From Candidatus Methanoperedens sp. (GTDB lineage: Archaea > Halobacteriota > Methanosarcinia > Methanosarcinales > Methanoperedenaceae), in assembly GCA_041494705.1 (NCBI GenBank), contig JBGQBI010000001.1:30001-62000 (forward strand): a stretch of 32,000 nt of DNA, given 5' to 3'. The notes under the pieces were generated by a model. It was not told where the DNA came from. It made no database searches and saw only the letters and a program-made list of their open reading frames with translations. This document shows positions 29,503-32,000 of the stretch, in pieces. Position numbers and translations under genes: made by a program. Numbering within the stretch: the first letter of the stretch is position 1; every line of letters starts with the position of its first letter.

Positions 29503-30342
29503 ATGGGTGTCAGAATGAGGATTTCATGCGCATCATTGTTTCTCTGGGAATACGATATCTATGATATAATGGAGATACTGCTGGACGCGGGTATAGAAAG
29601 CGTTGAATTCTGGGCAGAGACGCCAGATTATTGGATGAACAGAAATGATGAGATTGCGACAGCAGGACTCTTGGAAGCAATATCCATTATGCCAGGCGGG
29701 TGCACTTTGCACGCCCCGATAATGGATTTAAACCCATCGTCATATAATGATCTTGTCCACGAAGCTGCAATAAAGGAGACTTTATGGTCGCTTGAACTTG
29801 CAAGGATGCTTGAGGCAAGAGCTGTCACAATCCATCCCGGCAAAAGGACAGCCCGCCGTACTCCAACAAATGAGGACTGGGATAAATTCAGAAGATTTTT
29901 AAATATATGTAAAAACAGGGCTGATGAACTTGGTATTAATCTTTCGCTTGAAAATAGCATGAGGGATGTTTCATCGATGTGTTCAATCCCGGGTGAGATG
30001 GAAAAAATCCTCAATGAATTTCCCGGTCTTTATTTTACTTTTGATGTGGTTCATGCGTTCATGGATTCTCCACAAACCCCCCTCTCCTTTATCGACCGGC
30101 TTGGCGACAGGATAATTAACGTGCATGTGGGGGCGCCGCATGACGGGAAGCCGCACTATCCTTCGCATCGCGTGAAGAAGAATATGGATGCAGTGTTGCG
30201 AAAACTCAACGGTTCCGGATATAACGGCGACCTGACCATCGAGATTGATGATAAGGTGTATTCCAGACCATTGTCGAGAGAGGATAAAGTAAAAGAATTA
30301 ATTGGGGAGAGAAAGTACTTGGAATCGATATTCGATGTGTAA
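29503..30342 (+). CDS. sugar phosphate isomerase/epimerase (xylose isomerase-like TIM barrel)
   Basis: AGIESVEFW, AVTIHPG, LSLEN and NVHVG motifs characteristic of the AP endonuclease 2 / xylose isomerase-like fold. Confidence 0.75.
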   Translation: MGVRMRISCASLFLWEYDIYDIMEILLDAGIESVEFWAETPDYWMNRNDEIATAGLLEAISIMPGGCTLHAPIMDLNPSSYNDLVHEAAIKETLWSLELARMLEARAVTIHPGKRTARRTPTNEDWDKFRRFLNICKNRADELGINLSLENSMRDVSSMCSIPGEMEKILNEFPGLYFTFDVVHAFMDSPQTPLSFIDRLGDRIINVHVGAPHDGKPHYPSHRVKKNMDAVLRKLNGSGYNGDLTIEIDDKVYSRPLSREDKVKELIGERKYLESIFDV

Positions 30343-30432
30343 TTTGTAGGAGTAGTTGGCTTATCCCAAAAAAATATATACTTTTATGATTAATAAAAAG
30401 AGAATCGAAAGTTTGCTGAACTATTAAAAAGC

Positions 30433-30963
30433 ATGAAAAAAGATTTAGATTGTTCAGCAAAAGAGAAAAATGAACAAAAAACAAGCCTTTTATTGGATTG
30501 GAATTATTGCAAGTATTTTAGGAATATTAGTTTTGGACTTTATTGCTATGACAAGTGGACGGAAGTTAAATACGAAGGAGAATTAAAAACTTATTATGGT
30601 GACACAAGAGTTATTTTCGGTAGTAATATTTTTATTGGAACCCCCAATATTTTGGTTGTAAACGAAAAGCCGATTTTTACCTCAGCCGTCAAAAATGGTA
30701 AACTGTTTATAAGCATAATTATTTTTGATCGTGATGGAAAAGTTGTTGCCCAAATTGATGAGAATAAATGGTTTATCAATAAAAATAACTACTTCAGAAT
30801 GGATATTTCAAACTCAGAAATAAAAGTAACTAATCAACAAGGTGAAGTTGCATTGGATGCTATTGCTCTGCCTGATGGGGCGGTCAAGGTTAATGGGACA
30901 TTCTATATAGGTGGGAGAAAAATAATTGCAACTGATCAAGGGCTAACAATTATGGCGGATTGA
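30433..30963 (+). CDS. hypothetical beta-rich protein, N-terminus probably frameshifted
   Basis: Only long ORF in an AT-rich patch. A different frame from ATG 30470 to the stop at 30584-30586 encodes a clean signal-anchor, MNKKQAFYWIGIIASILGILVLDFIAMTSG. The annotated N-terminus (DCSAKEK...WNYCKYFRNISFGLYCYDKW) looks non-native. Confidence 0.4.
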   Translation: MKKDLDCSAKEKNEQKTSLLLDWNYCKYFRNISFGLYCYDKWTEVKYEGELKTYYGDTRVIFGSNIFIGTPNILVVNEKPIFTSAVKNGKLFISIIIFDRDGKVVAQIDENKWFINKNNYFRMDISNSEIKVTNQQGEVALDAIALPDGAVKVNGTFYIGGRKIIATDQGLTIMAD

Positions 30964-31061
30964 ATGGTCTGCCCCTGCCCGACATTAAGAGTGGCGGCGC
31001 TTGCGAATCCGATATTAACAATTATTAAGCAGATACCGATAATTAATTTGTTGTATGCCAT
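30936..31061 (-). pseudogene. truncated gene fragment: signal peptide plus the first residues of a secreted (beta-helix-like) protein
   Basis: Own translation: MAYNKLIIGICLIIVNIGFASAATLNVGQGQTIQSAIIVSP*. GGTGA 4 nt upstream. The mature N-terminus resembles the xIxVxxGxSIQxAI start of NosD/pectate-lyase-like proteins, but it stops after 41 aa inside the convergent ORF. Confidence 0.35.
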
Positions 31062-31118
31062 AATCTCACCATAATGGAATCGTTTTCCAGCTTTAAAAAG
31101 ATTGTGAATTAATGCAGT

Positions 31119-32000
31119 TCAACTTGAATTGCTTGCATTAATTCTTACACTGATTGTCTGGATACTTGGGGCGGTTCGCATTAAGTTGTAATATAACCCG
31201 AAGCTGTAATTGCCAGTTGTGTTGAAGATGTATTCTGCTTTCCCAGCTCCTCTGAGTGTTATATTGGCTATCTTTTTATCCGTCTCAACTATGGTGTATG
31301 TGGTATCTTCCATATTATCCCACAGCACTTTATCCCCGGCGTTTATTTGATGAGTCGGGTAAACAAACTTATCACTTTTTACTCTTGAATAAACAGATAT
31401 GCCCGTTGGTGTGGCTACGACCACTGGTTCTGGGGTGGGTGTTGGAGTCAGTGTAGCGGTTACGTTGATTGTTGGCGCCGGGGTTGGCGTGGGTGTCGGT
31501 GTGGGAGAAGGTGTAGGCGTTGGTGTAAACTCCCTGGTTTCTCCTGAAAGCAGCGTTATCGGGAGTGTCCTTGCTTCTATCTTCTGCCCATTTGCAGACA
31601 AGGTAATAGTGACTTCATAAATGCCTGCGAGGCTTTTGCCCTGTCTTTCCTTCTCAGTCGGGAAAACTGCGCTGAGCATTTTCTTTTCCCCGGGTTTAAT
31701 CAGGTAATATGGATTCTCACTGGAATCAAAATCTATTGTTTTAATCCCTGTTTTCTTTTCATCGCTCATGGTTTTTAAGTACAGGTTTGCAAGGGTATCA
31801 TCAAGCGTATTTACTTTGGCTTTTATTTCAACTGTTTCATTGGTAATATTTTCTGTCCCGGCATTTAGCACCATAAGCTCAGCCGTGACCTTTTCCCCGG
31901 CTCTGATGTCATTCCTGTCAAATTTTAATTCCGTCACTGTCGCATCAAGATTTGGGTCGGGATGTTCGAGCCTTTGCACCTGTACCGTAGCTGTATTGAT
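31119..32000 (-). CDS. secreted/cell-surface two-domain protein with Pro-Thr linker, 5'-partial
   Basis: The frame is open to the window end. N-terminal beta-sandwich (CARDB-like: DIRAGEKVTAELMVLNAGTENITNETVEIKAKV), then a TPTPTPSPTPTPTPTPAPT...TPTPTPEP linker, then a C-terminal approximately 95-aa beta domain. Confidence 0.7.
   Translation of the reverse strand: MNTATVQVQRLEHPDPNLDATVTELKFDRNDIRAGEKVTAELMVLNAGTENITNETVEIKAKVNTLDDTLANLYLKTMSDEKKTGIKTIDFDSSENPYYLIKPGEKKMLSAVFPTEKERQGKSLAGIYEVTITLSANGQKIEARTLPITLLSGETREFTPTPTPSPTPTPTPTPAPTINVTATLTPTPTPEPVVVATPTGISVYSRVKSDKFVYPTHQINAGDKVLWDNMEDTTYTIVETDKKIANITLRGAGKAEYIFNTTGNYSFGLYYNLMRTAPSIQTISVRINASNSS
31425..31526 (-). repeat. Pro-Thr (PT) low-complexity linker coding repeat
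   Basis: aa 152-185 of the ORF. Its mirror image produces the spurious GVGVGV ORF on the + strand. Confidence 0.85.

Noticed and set aside
31399-31620. + strand ORF encoding GVGVGVGV repeats
   Set aside because: It is the mirror image of the Pro-Thr linker of the minus-strand surface protein.

Overview
This is an archaeal (euryarchaeal) chromosomal segment. It resembles Methanosarcinales, methanogens or ANME archaea, but taxonomy cannot be fixed from one window. The genes are mostly housekeeping. They include mptA, an HgdB-like dehydratase with its activase, ogg, and priS overlapping a GINS-like gene. The conserved cluster L44e-S27e-aIF2alpha-Nop10-PAC2 follows, then an iron-sulfur flavoprotein, an OYE reductase, a GAF-PAS histidine kinase, an ABC-2 permease and thrC. 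Further on are gyrB and gyrA, an isochorismatase-like hydrolase, an ABC1/UbiB kinase with a phasin-like partner, two radical SAM genes, an EamA transporter and map. A small AT-rich accessory patch with secreted or membrane proteins lies at the 3' end. No rRNA, tRNA or CRISPR array was seen.

The unusual signals fall in three places.

1. A 350-nt segment sits exactly between the EamA gene and map (26850-27203). It is built almost entirely of 12 short hairpins from three families. Family members differ by compensatory stem changes. The segment is nevertheless one open frame that overlaps both neighbours by ATGA.

2. The gyrase locus carries several selfish elements. gyrB holds a 216-aa mini-intein at the GDSAGG/SAKQGR site, and that intein contains an in-frame 65-nt inverted repeat made of 9-nt iterations. 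One MNT-HEPN pair is wedged between gyrB and gyrA, and a second pair follows gyrA.

3. At 30.4-31.1 kb there is an AT-rich patch. It holds a probably frameshifted membrane-anchored gene and a truncated signal-peptide gene fragment.

All functional calls rest on motifs read from the translations and on recalled family knowledge. No database search was possible.
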